Below are positions 25,169 through 38,812 of a DNA stretch of 64,000 bases, piece by piece. The notes below the pieces were generated by a model. The model saw nothing but the letters and a program-made list of their open reading frames with translations, ran no database searches and was not told the origin of the DNA. Origin of the DNA: Intoshia linei (taxonomy: Eukaryota; Animalia; Orthonectida); contig LWCA01000053.1 of NCBI GenBank assembly GCA_001642005.1, forward strand, positions 1 through 64,000. The letters run 5' to 3'. A program made the translations under genes and the position numbers. Positions within the stretch are counted from its first letter, which is position 1. Each line of letters starts with the position of its first letter.

Positions 25169-26120
25169 TCAATCTGTATCATCATCACTTTCCGTATCTG
25201 ATGATGCATTTGTGGAATAAAAATTTTCACTTTCATCACTATTAGAATAAAATGTATTTGAACTTGATTCAGTTTCTGAGCAAGAAGACGATTGAGTATT
25301 TGAGTTTTTATCTTCGCTTGAATAGATGGAAATATTTGATTCACTTGTTAATGATTCCTGTTTCTCTATAAACTCTCTATAAAAATTTAAATTTCCTCTA
25401 ATTTACTGATATACAATAATAACTTTAAAATATAAGATGAAATTTATAATCAGAACATGTAAAAAAATTCAAAGAATCAATTTAAAATAATATGTGTATC
25501 ATGATAATTATTAAAACGATCAACGTTAAGATTTTTGCTTAATATTTAGAATATAGGTTTTATTTTATTTTATCCAATGTTTATAATCTACATTTTCAAT
25601 CAAACGTATAAAATTGAACCCTTGACTGGTACCCTTAACTGTATAATATGGAAAAATCTACAATTAGCATTGGTCAAATTAAATCAAAATTTATACTTTT
25701 GTTAAGGTTGAAAAAGGTGGTTATATATTACATTAAGTAAAATGAAATTATTATACAATGTAACATTAATATAATGTCACAATTCTTCTCATTTTCTGAA
25801 ATTTTTACGAACGATAATGAATATATTAAAATGAAATTACTACTGAGGGCAAGCAATTTTTTAAATTCTTTCATTTGTAAATTTTTTGGTTCATATACTA
25901 AAACTAAGAAATATAAAAAATAAAAATTATACTTACTAAGATTACACAAATGCTGAGCTCCCACGTAGTCTTTTGACATTAAACATGTTGAAAACTAAAT
26001 GATAATAAGAAATTTAAAACAAAAATTGAATACTTCTTGAAGAAGAATTGTTGGAGCCATTAAAATAGAATCATTTGACGAAGAATCAGAACATGTGCTT
26101 GCTTCCTCCAATTCATCCAT
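25169..26120 (-). CDS. ERICH2-like (glutamate-rich protein 2) protein
   Basis: Four exons give MDELEEASTCSDSS...APTILLQE|FSTCLMSKDYVGAQHLCNL|xLVYEPKNLQMKEFKKLL... plus an acidic Ser-rich tail. This matches the ERICH2 pattern APLELMAEFLRAEMAREYQLAKKLCQMILIYEPENPEAKEFF followed by an acidic tail. Confidence 0.72.
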
Positions 26121-26572
26121 TAATTTCAAAAATTACGTTTTTTCAAATATGAATATTTACGTTGTTTCTTGGTTATATATCATGTATATATTTTATTGTT
26201 ACAAATTCATTTACGTTAATATATTGATTGCTCTACTGTATAAAAGGTTAAATAGATGAAATTATTAAATAGTTTAAAAAAAACTATTTTACATATTAAC
26301 CATTATTATTGACTAGGACACCTGTTTGCAAATTTGATTATAATATAATTATATATTATTATTGTTCAAACCTATTATATAATAAAAAAAAAAATAAATT
26401 AGATAACATTAGTTTGGTAAAATGTATAAAATAATTCTAACGAATTCTATAAGAAATGAATTATGAAAGAAAGAATAATTTTTGAAAAAAATGGTGTTAA
26501 AGTAAAATTAAATAGGTAATGAAAATTTCGTATCCTAGTGTTGTAAACACAAGAATTTATTAATTTTGGAAA

Positions 26573-27108
26573 ATGGTATGATTGAATTAATTTAACTTTG
26601 TCAAATCTTAGGATAATTTTCAAAAAAAAAGTGACGTATATGAAGTAAAAGACATTCCGGAACGATTTGACAATCCCAGTAATGAATATACAAATATCTT
26701 CTTTTTTTTTAGTTTTAAAAATAGATTGATATACCATATTTTATAAATTATATAAAATTGTAGGAGTAAATGTTATTTTTAATTGTTCGATAGATTATTT
26801 TCCAAAAACAGATATAAATGGTAATAAAAATTGACTAAAAATATATAACAGGTTGGTTTAAAGGTTATGGTAAAGAAAAACAACAACATCCAATGTACAT
26901 AACATCATCTTCTATATACGGGAGAGATGGACCCAGTATTCATACATTTCCAAGTGTTTTCTATGCCAAATCACAAAAGTTTACTAACGTAATAATTGTT
27001 TTGTTATATTTTATCCCAATTTTAATTTTAATTTAAAAATTGTTTATTTAGGATCTGGGGAAATCAGGAATGTATCGAAACTGTTCATTAAATTGTAATA
27101 AAGATTAG
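26573..27108 (+). CDS. PIERCE1/C9orf116-like axonemal microtubule inner protein
   Basis: Exons 26573-26575 (ATG only), 26612-26678, 26852-26988, 27052-27108. SDVYEVKDIPERFDNPSWFKGY...MYITSSSIYG..GPSIHTFPSVFYAKSQKFT..LGKSGMYRNCSLN matches PIERCE1 (PxRFxNPxWFRGY, YRTSNxxYG, FYPxSNKFS, GMFRNNTLN). Confidence 0.85.
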
Positions 27109-28152
27109 TTAATTTATACAATTTTTATTTATTGTTAAATAAACATTTGTTAAATCATTATTTAATTGGCATTTTTTTTTTAAATTATGCAAATTGTTGA
27201 AATATATAATTACAGCAAAAAAACCATTGTACAATCTTCATCCATCTCTTCCATTAAACTAATATATTCCAAAATTAAGGTTATGCAATTACAAATATTA
27301 TATGTGTATTATGTCCCAATAATTTTTTATACACCTCAGAATTTAAAAAAAGTAATAATTTAACGAATACATGTATATAAAAATAAAACATTTTACGACA
27401 TAAATTGTTCATCCTTAAGTCTGATTCAGCATTTATTTATGAAATTCTACATACTCTCTGATCTACTCATCAATTTTGAGAATACAAAAATATAAAAATT
27501 TTTTGAAAATGAGAATTTGAAATTTAAAAATTGCGAAGGAATGAATTATATAGATTTTCACCCATATTTCTTTATTGGAAATGTGTAGATGTTCAATGCA
27601 CATTTTTTTTGAAATTGTAGAATCAATATTTACATTTTCATTGTTTATTTTAATCGAAATACTTGAAAAATATTGGTTAATAATATATTTAAAATTATTT
27701 TTCATGGGAAATTCGTAGATTTCTCGGGTTAAACTTTTGTATTTATATCAATTGGAATAAGCTCTATCAGAATAATCTCTTTTTTTTTTAATTTTCGGAC
27801 ATTAATTATTTCACATTTTTTGTCTTAACAAAATATCGTTATTAATATCGTTTTAAAATCCGCATCAGCGTATATATTTTTTTAAATTCTTCAACTCGTT
27901 TGATTTTCAAAAAGAGGGACAACTGGGGTTTTTAACACGTAAGTTGTGAAATTGGTAGGTTCAAATTTATCTTACTATACGTCACGGAAAAAACTGTAAT
28001 TGAAATGTGCACTTTATAAAATTCTAAGACGGGTAATTATTTAAATAAAGCATAACACACACAGACACACACAAAAATCGCGTAGAATATTATATTATCA
28101 AATGATATATCAACAATCTCAATTTTTTTGTTGGTACCAAATATTCTCATAG

Positions 28153-31100
28153 ATCTCATGAATACATATGGATCATTTCAGAACCAGCATTCAACTTATA
28201 TGGTTTAATATTAAATTACACAAATTACCAGATAAATGAAAGTGAAACTTTTAAATATCGTTTGTTAGTGATCACTGATCATTGTTCAATGATCATAATT
28301 TTTGATATTTATTATTAAATGTTGCCAACAGCACATTTTTGTTTTGAAAATTTGTAATGTAAATTAAAGGATTCGTATTGATCATGAAATATAACTGGCT
28401 AATTCACCATTATGCTTCTACAAATCAACATACCAAATGTAATCAATTAATAAAATACGTTAAACCTAAACCATTGGAAAACATTTATCCCATTATAACA
28501 AGAGGTAATTTCAAGGAAAAAATAATATTATTTGCTAAAATGGTAATTTAGCGTTATTACTTTGTTATAAAGGAAAAACTAACGAAAGCATCAACATATT
28601 TGAACGACTATATAAGACTGTTTCCACAAATTACAAAATTAATATCAATTATGTTTATATTTTGTGAGTTTATTATTAAATAATATAAATTAAAAATAAT
28701 ATACTTTTAGAATAATTGCTAGTAAAACTACATTTGCTTTATCCTTATTAGATACAATTATTCAAGAATGCATTTATGACTGGGTAATATGCAATGTCGT
28801 CGTGTCAAAGGTGCAGAGGAAGCACGCCCTCCCAAAAATCTATTTATAATTTTAAACAGTTTATGATGATAATAATAATACCTACAAAAGCATAATAACT
28901 TAACATTTTGAAAAAAATAAGTATTTCAAAAGTTAGTATGCAATTTCAAGTTAATACGTATAAATACTATTTATTAGCACGTATTATTTTGATGAAATTT
29001 AATTTAATTTAAGTTCCGTCAATTTGTATTTATAATATCAATGAAGTTGAGAATAGAGCAGGGGTCGGAAACCAGTATCACTTAGTAATTTTGGTGGTTT
29101 TTTGAGTAAATATGTAAATTTTAAAAAACGGGGCCGTATAATTTTTGGATATAAAAAAGTCGCCCAAGAGATACAAAAGGTTGCCGTCCCTGAACTATAT
29201 CCAAATTACGGATCCTAATTCTTTAAATGAATAGGTGACGTGAAAAATAATTTCGTATGATGATCGAAATATTTTTACAGCAGGAATACGAAGTGAACAT
29301 TTTTTTCAAGATCCTTAGGTGGGTTGATCATGTTTTGTAGGCCATTTTTTTAAATTCAGTTCTAGCCCATTTATTTTGGTTTTTACCAAAATTATTTTTA
29401 GTTTATAATAAAGTTTATGTACAGTATTTTATAAATAGTTTTTGGGGTTAATTATAAGGAATTCAAATATCATTTAAATCTAAAATGAGCTAGAATTGAA
29501 TTAAAAAAAATAAAAACATGTTCAACCCATCAAAGGAATTACAACCATAAGAACCAAACCAAATCTGATTATAAATAAAATAAAATTTTCCTAACTTATA
29601 TAATATGCTACGCTATTTTTGTTTGTGTCTGTGTGTAACGCCTTATTTCACATCTTACGGGTCAAAACCCCAATTTTCCTTTTTTTTCGAAAATCAAACG
29701 AGTTGGAGAATTTAAAAAAATATATATGCTGATACGGATTTTAAAATTATAATCATTACCATAAATTTAAATTTAAAAAAATTATATCTTAACAGTCAAA
29801 ACCCCAAATTACACTTCTTTTTTCAATGAAAACAGCCCTAGAATTTCAAAAAATTTACAGGTGGTACAGTTGTATCCTGTAATACACACCGAAAATTTCA
29901 GAAAAATTCTTCACTTTCACTTCGTTCCCCTTTTTAAAAAATTTTTTTAATCAATATTACAAACCCTTAAACCTATTTTCACTTTTATTTTATTTTCTTT
30001 AACGAATATTTTAAGGTTAATAGTCAATACATTTACTTTTGAAGAATGAATATAGGACTATCAAGAATTAAAGGGTATTATATTACTAAGTCCTTTTATC
30101 TCTTTCCTTGTGTTAAATTTAAATTATTCGAAATTTTTAGTTTCACTCGCGGACCGCAAAAATTTATAAGAGGTCCGCGTGCGGCCCTCAAGCCAGATTT
30201 TGCCCACATATGCCCTAATATACATAATGCATATTATACATGTATATAAAATAATTATATATTCACCGGTTGAAAGGTGACTAGGGAGATATCGTATTGC
30301 ACATCATTTATGAAACATTTTTGAGGATTTTTTTAGTTTCTGGGCCTCGAGTATGGTAGGTTTGTTTCTGATGAAAAATCCTCTTTTTTTATATTTAGCA
30401 GTTAAAAAAATAATATATTTCAATATCAAAATAAATTTAACTATTTGTATGTCAAATTATAACCTGTATTGAAATGGCTAGGATCATTATGAACTTTTTC
30501 GGAAAATCTTAAGGTCTATTTTTGATTTTCGGGGAGGGAGCTTGAGTATGGTAGATTCGACTCTGCACGACGACCCTCATAATTTTTATGATTATAAAAA
30601 TATTTTTTAAATAGAGAGCAATTTATTACACAGGATTATGTTACGAATTGGAAAAAAACTACGAAAAAGTAAAATATTTATTCTGTTTAAAACTATTATA
30701 GATATGCCCGTTTATATATTAGTTTTCTCTCATAAGATATTAATTTATGGTTTTTTTTTAAATAAAATAGACTAGAGCAGAGTGGTTCAAAGCATGTCAG
30801 ATCAAATATTGTGGCCAGAAAATCTGTTTAATAGTATATTCTACAAATCGGTTAAATAATAATAAAAAATATATGATTGCACATTGATGCGGAATTTCGA
30901 TCCAGATTTGCTGATTTTGATTCTATTAAACCTAAATTGGAGCTTTTGAATAAGATATGGATGTAGAAATTTTAAATATATCACACAATCTGTAATTTAC
31001 ATGTTGCATGTTGCATTACAATCAGATTCTTTCAATTAACTTTAACAGTTTTATAATTTACTAATAAAAATTTTCAGAACAAAAAACAAAAAAATCTGAT

Positions 31101-32505
31101 CTAATCCTCTGTCAAATGGTGTATAGTTCATTTTTAATTTTTATCTGGATACACATAAAATTTAGTGGGACGCACGAGTGCGCCAGGGCGTACCTTTTGA
31201 AAAATATTGGTTTACAGAAATATCAAAATTACCACTTTAACTAGCATTAATTTAATTTTTTTTAGAAATAATCCTGTCTTAATTGTGTACTAATTACTAA
31301 TTAGATTGATAAAATATCTGAAAGAATGATAAAATAATTATGCTAAATTTTTTTTAATGTTGCTGCCCGCCAAATTTGTAAAATTTATTTTTTGGCCTCA
31401 CTCGCCATGTGTTTGTACCACCCTGGACTACAGGGTTATTTAAAATTTGGTAACAGAAATTTCTAAATATCTATAAACCCTAATGATTTTTACAAATTAA
31501 ATTACTATCATCATTCCTTAACATTTTGTTAAAAAACAACCATAAAACTATTAAATATCTTTCTAACAGACTAAACACTAACATACTTTGAAAATTAATT
31601 TTATCAATTGAAAATATATACAACTAACATAAATATTTCCACTTTGTATATTAAAAATTATAATAAAATGAAAAATTTATAAATTTTTAGGCTTTATATT
31701 ACTACAAATTGGTTTTAAAGCATTATACATGTGAAAATGCTAATTTAGCAATTCTTCGTATATTAAAAAAAGATAATTCCATTTTCGATAAAGAAAGCAT
31801 GCATGCGATGAAAATGTATTTATAATTATTTTATATGTACTTGGTTGAAAAATAATAAAATTGAAATATGATGTATAATATTATTTGCAGTAACAAAAAA
31901 TGTTTTATTGTAATTAATATAACTAATTATAATAAATTTTCAGCAAATGCAAAAATACGAGAATATCTCAAGATTTAGCAAGTTATTATTTGGAAGTATA
32001 CTTTAAATTTTCAATTGTAGTTAATATCTAATATAGAAAAAAGATTATCTACAATCATTGACACTATTGGGAAATTGTTTATCAAAAGGCGAGAGATGTG
32101 TGAATATATTACTATTAATGCAGTGTTTAATGCAATCAATGACAAAATGTGACATATATTTGGGGTTTTTACTTGGAAAAAGAAATTTGGAAATTGTTGT
32201 TAAATGTAGTGAAATTACACACAATCTGATTATAAACAACTTGATGAAAAATCCAGACAATTATAAAGATGACAATCTTAATGCAGTATGGTTCTTATTT
32301 CTTTGAATTATTATTTATCTAGAACATATTCATATTTCTCTCAAATTTTCATTTCGACAATCCACTCAACAACATAATTAGTTACAATTTCGCGACCTTT
32401 ATGAGCAATATGAATATAAAAACTCCAGCTTATTTATATTTTAAGGCGTCTAAAATGTTAACAAAAGATGAATTAAACAAGGAGATTTTCGCCATAACAA
32501 AATAA
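28153..32505 (+). CDS. BBS4: Divergent BBS4 (BBSome TPR subunit); 5' end uncertain
   Basis: Exons ~28153-28259, 28370-28504, 28552-28663, 28712-28783, 31691-31815, 31944-31981, 32037-32286, 32323-32505. Matches to human BBS4 as remembered: MKYNWLIHHY vs EKQNWLIHLHY; ALLLCYKGKTNESINIF vs ALIFRLEGNIQESLELF; IYDW vs QKDW; LLGNCL..CLMQS vs HLGNAL..SMMQT; ISYNFATFMSNM..PAYLYF vs ILYNLGLVHLTM..SAFHFL. Confidence 0.75.
29311..29538. repeat. Inverted repeat / MITE-like foldback in BBS4 intron
   Basis: GGTGGGTTGATCATGTTTT...AATTCAGTTCTAGCCCATTT pairs with AAATGAGCTAGAATTGAATT...AAAACATGTTCAACCCATC. Confidence 0.65.
30778..31425. mobile_element. hAT-type non-autonomous element
   Basis: TIRs CAGAGTGGTTCAAA / TTTGTACCACCCTG. 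8-bp TSD GACTAGAG / GACTACAG (7/8 match, central TA). Confidence 0.7.
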
Positions 32506-32621
32506 ACAATTTTATTTCAAAATAAATTTTTAAATGTAAATTAATATTTTTGTAGATAAATTTGCAACGTTAGAATTATTATAATATTTAGAATGTCTAG
32601 TAACCACGTATTAAATATTTA

Positions 32622-35600
32622 ATGTTTGATAATGTAGCCAATACACAATATCGTCAGTATGTTGATTCCAGAATAGGTTCCGAGAAAAATATGCTAATTC
32701 GATTTAACAAAAAAAAACTATTTTATTGTATATGGCTTATTTTTTTAGTGTTGTGCATGTACTGTCTCGCTTCATTGAAGAAAAATAAAGAAATTGTAAT
32801 TAATATACAAAAAGATTCTCATACATTTCAAGATGGATTGAAAGAGATTGATTGGGTCGATTACGATTTCATTAAATATGAAAGTATGCGTAAAGGGCCA
32901 GGGGAAAATGGAAAACCGTTTATCCCAGATTCTCGTTACGCAGTGGAAAATTCTAAGCTTTACGAAGCTAACGGCTATTCTGGTCTTGTTAGTGATATGG
33001 TTTCTTTGAATCGATCCATTCCAGATATTAGAAACCCTAAATGCAATGGAAAACTATATTTATCTAATATTAATAGTGTATCTGTCATTCTAATTTATTA
33101 CGAAGAACATTTTTCCACTCTTCTCAGAAGTATTCATTCCATCATCAATCGAACACCACCTTCCCTATTAGGGGAAATTATTTTGGTTGATGACGGCACT
33201 GTTTCAGGTAATTAATATTTGACAATTGTTTTATTAGATTTTTATCTTTACTATAATATCAATAACATGTGTTGTTAATATTAAAATTATATTCAATAAT
33301 TTACTATTTTAGAATCTCTTACAGTCAAGTTACCTAAATTAATTTACGATAATGCGTATTACAAAAAAGTCAAAATTATTAAACATTCAAAAAGAGAGGG
33401 TCTTATTGCTGCACGGTTAAGTGGTGCCAAAGCGGCCATTTACGAAAACCTTGTTTTTATGGATGCCCATTCTGAAGTTAATGTTAATTGGTTACCTCCC
33501 CTAATTGGTTAATAATTATTTTTCACCAATTTTAATTTTTATAGATCCAATCGCTCGAAAATACACAACTGTAACATGCCCATTTATTGATGTTATAGAT
33601 GCCGTGACATTTGAAATAAAAGGTCAGGATGAAGGAAGTAGAGGTGCATTCGATTGGAGTTTTTATTACAAAAGATTGCCTCTATTTCCCGAAAGTGTTA
33701 AAAACCCAGATTTGCCTTTTAAGTAATCTATACTATAGAATCTAAAGTTATGATAAATTATAATTTTTATTTTTTCTATAACTTGTCTGTTCTCTGACTT
33801 ATAAATAGGTCATGGATAGTGATTGGAGATGACATGCCGTACCCGATTATGATTATAGATTTCTTTTCTAAATTAATATGTGATATTTGAAATATTTTCG
33901 TATAGTGGGACAAAAATTTGTTACTCCAGCTGGGTAATACCGAAAAAAAGTTGAAAAATGTATTGAGGATCCAAAATTTTTTTAATTTGTAATAACAGTC
34001 GACTATTTTCATCTGGACCAGGGCACTGTTGACTCTGCTTACCAAACGTTGCTTGGGTGTAAATTTTTATATATACCTTTTTAAATAAATCCAACATTGA
34101 AAATTATTTGAAGTACAAATTTAACTAAAAATATCTTCCAATTTGAGTGTTTTCAAATTCTCTTTTCATCCTTAATAATATAAAGTAATTTAGTTAAAAA
34201 TATGTCTGTTTATTTGTCGGTCTGTTTGTCTGTCTGTTCCAGTTTATTTAATAAAGTAAGAGGAGTCGAGTTTTAAAAATTCCATATTTCTATTACAATT
34301 TGTCGAGAGTTATGTTTTATCGCAAATTTCATTTTCAGAAATTGATCCCTTCAAGGATAAAAACGCCAATTATCATTTTTTTTAACTCAAACTAGTCCTA
34401 GAATAGAATTATAAAAAAATACACATTCTGATATAGATTTTAAAAATATTAACATTATGATAAATTTCAATTTCAAAATTTTCACGGCCAAAACCACAAA
34501 TTACTTTTTTTTTTTAAAAATAAAAAATATCCTCGAATGTTATACAACATAAATTATGGGATAGTTTTTAAAATCATAAAATTATCATAAAACGCAAACC
34601 CAAAAAAGTCAATTTTCACGATCAAAACTCCAGGTTACCTTTTTTTAAAACATGAAAATAATCCTATCATTTAAAAAAAACTTACAGTTAATACAGTTAT
34701 ATCCAGTGAAAACGCACAAAAATTTCAATCTGACAAAGTGACTCCTTTATGGTTAAAAAACACTTTAGTATTCATTTTTTTATTTCCAATTGTTTTATTA
34801 AAACAAAACATTCGAAATAATTAACAGTCCTACAATTAAAAAAAAGATCATTTTGATATAGCTTTCCACTTGATATAGATACAAAATTTCAACACCAGAA
34901 ATCTACGTATTGCCGGTAAAAATAAGTCAAAATGGGATTATCATATACAATGTTTTTAATAAATTTTTATATAATTATATATGCGCTTTTGACGGTTAAA
35001 CGTGACATGCTAAATTTTTTAAATATCAACCGTAATATCGTAATAAATACAGTGTATTTCATATTTATCATTAACTAGAATATTTGAGATACTTGACATT
35101 TTATCAATGAATTAATTTAAAGTATTAATAGAATCCGGCTCGCCATCACAAAAAGTTGCCTATCCCTGCTCAAAAGTTTAGTCTCTAAACCAGGGGTGCA
35201 CAACATGCGGCCGTGAGAGCGTTTGTGTGCGACCGTGGAAAATCAATGTGATCATAATAAAATATATCATTTGAAATAATTTCAAATTAAAAAGTTTAAA
35301 TGAGATTTTATTCAAGGGCAATTTAAAATATTTACAGTGTTGATCATAAGATTACATAAGAAGCTTTTTACATATTCTTTTGTTACTAATTCACGAATGA
35401 GTAAATGAAATTAAATAATATTTTGAATATAAGTTACACATATATTTATGTTTAATTGGAATTAATTAATATTTTGTAACACATCCTTTAGCATGTATGA
35501 GAGCCATAATTCTCCGTGGCATAATATTAATACAGTCTTTTGCCAGTTTTTTCAAATTAAGAGAATTGTTCCATATTGTATATAGGCGAATAATCAGTTC

Positions 35601-37424
35601 CGATTTTGATCTTATTGAAATTCTATGAACTTCCTCTTTCAATTGTGCCCACAAATTTCGATTGGGTTTATATCTGGGGAATTTCCGGCCATTCAAGAAC
35701 GGCAATCTTTTCATTATGGAAATATGAAGTTACAGATTTGGCTTTGTGACATGGAGCGGAATCATGTTGGAATATATAATTCTGATCAATGTGCCGTTGT
35801 GTCATTTCATTAACAAAATTGTTTAATACATTTTTATAGGTATGCTGGTTCATTATAACTTCACAAATCTGTAATTTACCCATTCCCACAGAAAATATAG
35901 CCCTAAACCATTACTTCTGTTGGAAATTTTACTATTTGTATGATGTATTCTGGCCTTAATGATTCGCATGATCTGCTGCGCACATTTTTACATTGGTTGT
36001 CCATCACACAAATCATTGATTCGTCCGAAAAAAAGAACCTATAAAATTACAGATTAATTGGTTTTTTATTAAATAGTACAAAATTAATGAATATAATATA
36101 ATACAATTAATTTTAACTTAATAATAAATAACCTCATTCCATTTATGTTCATTCCAATTTTCATGACTTTTTACCCATAAAAACCTTGTTTTTTTCATTG
36201 TCTCAGTAAGGAGGAGTTTTCTTGTTTTTCGGTAAGATGTGTAAGCTGCCTCCAATAGTCTACGATTAACAGTTAACCTTAAAACATTAACATTTTGAGT
36301 TTGTAATTTTCTAGTGATTTTAGCGCAGCTAGAATTTCTATTTTTTTTAGAGCTGTTCTGAGTATAACTCGGTAAATTAAAAAGTTACATTTTTGACTTT
36401 TCCCCAGTTTCTCTAAATGATGAAAACTTGCTGATACATGTATTAAAATTTAAAGAAAATTTTTTATTAGACCTAAACTTTAAGTCAAAAGTAAAGATTT
36501 AAATTAAATAGTAAGAATATTGATCTGTACTGAGCAATGGTTCACAATAATGGAAGAATCGACCTCTTTGGTCCGATTCAAGTTTTTCATACGATAGAAA
36601 ATTTACATTATTATTTATATATGTAGTTAAAGTATGTTAAATTGTTGACATTGTGAAGACGTAAAATATTTCGAATCTTAATAACTTTATAAATTTGCAC
36701 AATGGCGATCTTTTTAGAATGGCTTAATTTTAATTTGGTGATTTCTCTAAAAAAGTCTAAATCAGATTTTTATTAAAAATTTACATTTTTGACTTTAACC
36801 ACTTTCTCAAAATGGATTTATACTTTCTCAATGTTAAAGTAAATTTTGTGCGACCGTTGTATCAATGAGTAAATTAGCTTTTCGGCTGACTTAGTGGAAT
36901 GGTTGTGCACTTCTACTCTAAACTTTAAATTTTTGATTTATTAATTTCAAAACAAATTGTAATTTCATTTAAAATATCAAAATTTTAAAAATTGGGCATA
37001 ATTTATCGTTCCCGTATCCATACGAATCTGTAATTATTTAACTCTTCCATCATGTGATCATTATAATTTTTTATAATCTAAAAATACATTTTCCAATTCT
37101 TTATTGGAGTTAACATTATTGACATTATTATATCTTTAATTTTAGAAGTCCTGTTATGGCTGGAGGTTATTTTGCTATAAGTGCAAGGTGGTTTTGGGAA
37201 CTTGGTGGATACGATCCAGGTTTTTTTACTAGAAAATATATTTAAATTATAATTTAATTTATTTAGGAATTGTTATATGGGGTGGAGAGCAATACGAGTT
37301 ATCATTTAAAGTTTGTTATCATTCATGCATATTTTATATAGTTATAGATATGGCAATGCCATGGGCAAATGTTGGATGTACCATGTTCAAGAATAGGTAA
37401 TTATTTAATATGACAATGCAAAAT

Positions 37425-37466
<42 letters not shown>

Positions 37467-38790
37467 CTAGACTATTCGATTTTGATAAATTCACCCTTTT
37501 TGAAGGATGAATCATTTTTTTAATATTAATAGTTTTATCGGCACCTTTTTCAAATTTATCCTTTGATTATGTTATATTATAAAATTATATAAAAGCTTCC
37601 TATATTAAAAAAACTCATTATGTCGTGGACACAATCGTACATTTGGCATGAGGATGAAGACCCTGTATATAACAGTGATTTCCAACCTATTTCATTTAAC
37701 TACACACAATTAAATCAAAATAATTTTCGCGACACATATTATTAAAATAATATTAAAATGAAAAAAAATTATTTTTTAAACATTATGTTACGATTCGTAT
37801 TATAATTACAAAATTGTTTTTTTTTGAGTTAAAATACTCACATGAAACAGAACTTATAAAAGTAAATAATAAAACATGTTCAAAAGTTCTTAAACATTTA
37901 AAATTTACCTACGACACACTAGTTAGAAATCACTGCCCTAATATTCATACCTAATGTATATACTTTCTAGTTTAACAGATATATAAATTTAGGTCACGTA
38001 TATCGAGTTGGCGGACGAGGTTTTCCAAACCCTCAGATAGGAAATTTTGTTGCAAAAAACTTTCGTCGTGTGGCTGAAGTATGGATGGATGAATATAAAG
38101 AATATTTATACGATCGAAACCCGGGCTGGAAAACAGTTGATTATGGAGATATTAGTGGTAGATTAGCAATAAGAAAAAACCTAAACTGCAATTCTTTCGA
38201 CTGGTTTATAAAAAACGTTTTGATTGATTTAGAAGAATACTACCCCATGGTTGAGCCACTGCCACTAGCTTCTGGAAGCGTAATTTAATTTTAAAAAATT
38301 AAGAATAAATAAAAATAATGTTCAGCTGATAAATATGGATTCAAAGCAATGTATAGATACACATTACGGTAAAGAAAGTGACCCAATACATGTTACTGAC
38401 TGCAGCAAAAAAGTAGAAGGGGTAATATCTTTCATAAGAGCTGTCATGTAAATCTTTCAATTTTAGAATATCACAATAACGTATAGATATGAACTAAAAG
38501 GTAGCAAATCAAATGCCTGTTTTGATTTGTCTTTTCATGAGCCTGGAAATAAAATTGTACTATGGCCTTGTCATAATCAGAAAGGAAATCAATATTTTAA
38601 ATATAACCCAGTAACTTATTATTTTTAAACATTTTTAAAAAGTTTTTAGAAAACTCATCAATTATATCAATTTATTTCAAAATTATGCTTGGAACCAAAA
38701 GACGGTGTTATCATAGTCAACCATTGTAACGAAACGAGTCTCAAGCAAAAATGGAATTTTGATTATGTGAATGTTACTTCCATGAATTAA
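32622..38790 (+). CDS. Polypeptide N-acetylgalactosaminyltransferase, GALNT10/GALNTL6-like
   Basis: N-terminal TM helix, then [51 protein letters not shown] (DxH), [22 protein letters not shown]|[18 protein letters not shown] and a ricin-type lectin domain ([11 protein letters not shown]). About 10 exons. The start could instead be the Met at 32691. Confidence 0.93.
35191..36915. mobile_element. hAT-type element carrying a nested Tc1 insertion
   Basis: TIRs CAGGGGTGCACAAC / GTTGTGCACTTCTA. Perfect 8-bp TSD CTCTAAAC at 35183-35190 and 36916-36923. Confidence 0.85.
35335..36600 (-). mobile_element. Degenerate Tc1-like transposase (nested)
   Basis: TA|CAGTG terminus at 35333. Frameshifted fragments [29 protein letters not shown] and [18 protein letters not shown], the typical Tc1 C-terminus. 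The other TIR was not recognised. Confidence 0.85.
37428..37463. repeat. (TA)n microsatellite
   Basis: About 18 consecutive TA units in a GALNT intron. Confidence 0.95.
37673..37935. mobile_element. hAT-type MITE
   Basis: TIRs CAGTGATTTCCAAC / GTTAGAAATCACTG with subterminal CGCGACACA motifs. The TSD is not intact. Confidence 0.6.
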
Positions 38791-38812
38791 AAAATTTATT
38801 ATATTTAACATT

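Noticed and set aside
25081-25344. 87-aa ORF as an independent gene (also 45603-45800)
   Set aside because: Alternative frames overlapping real exons of the ERICH2-like and Sp-A genes.
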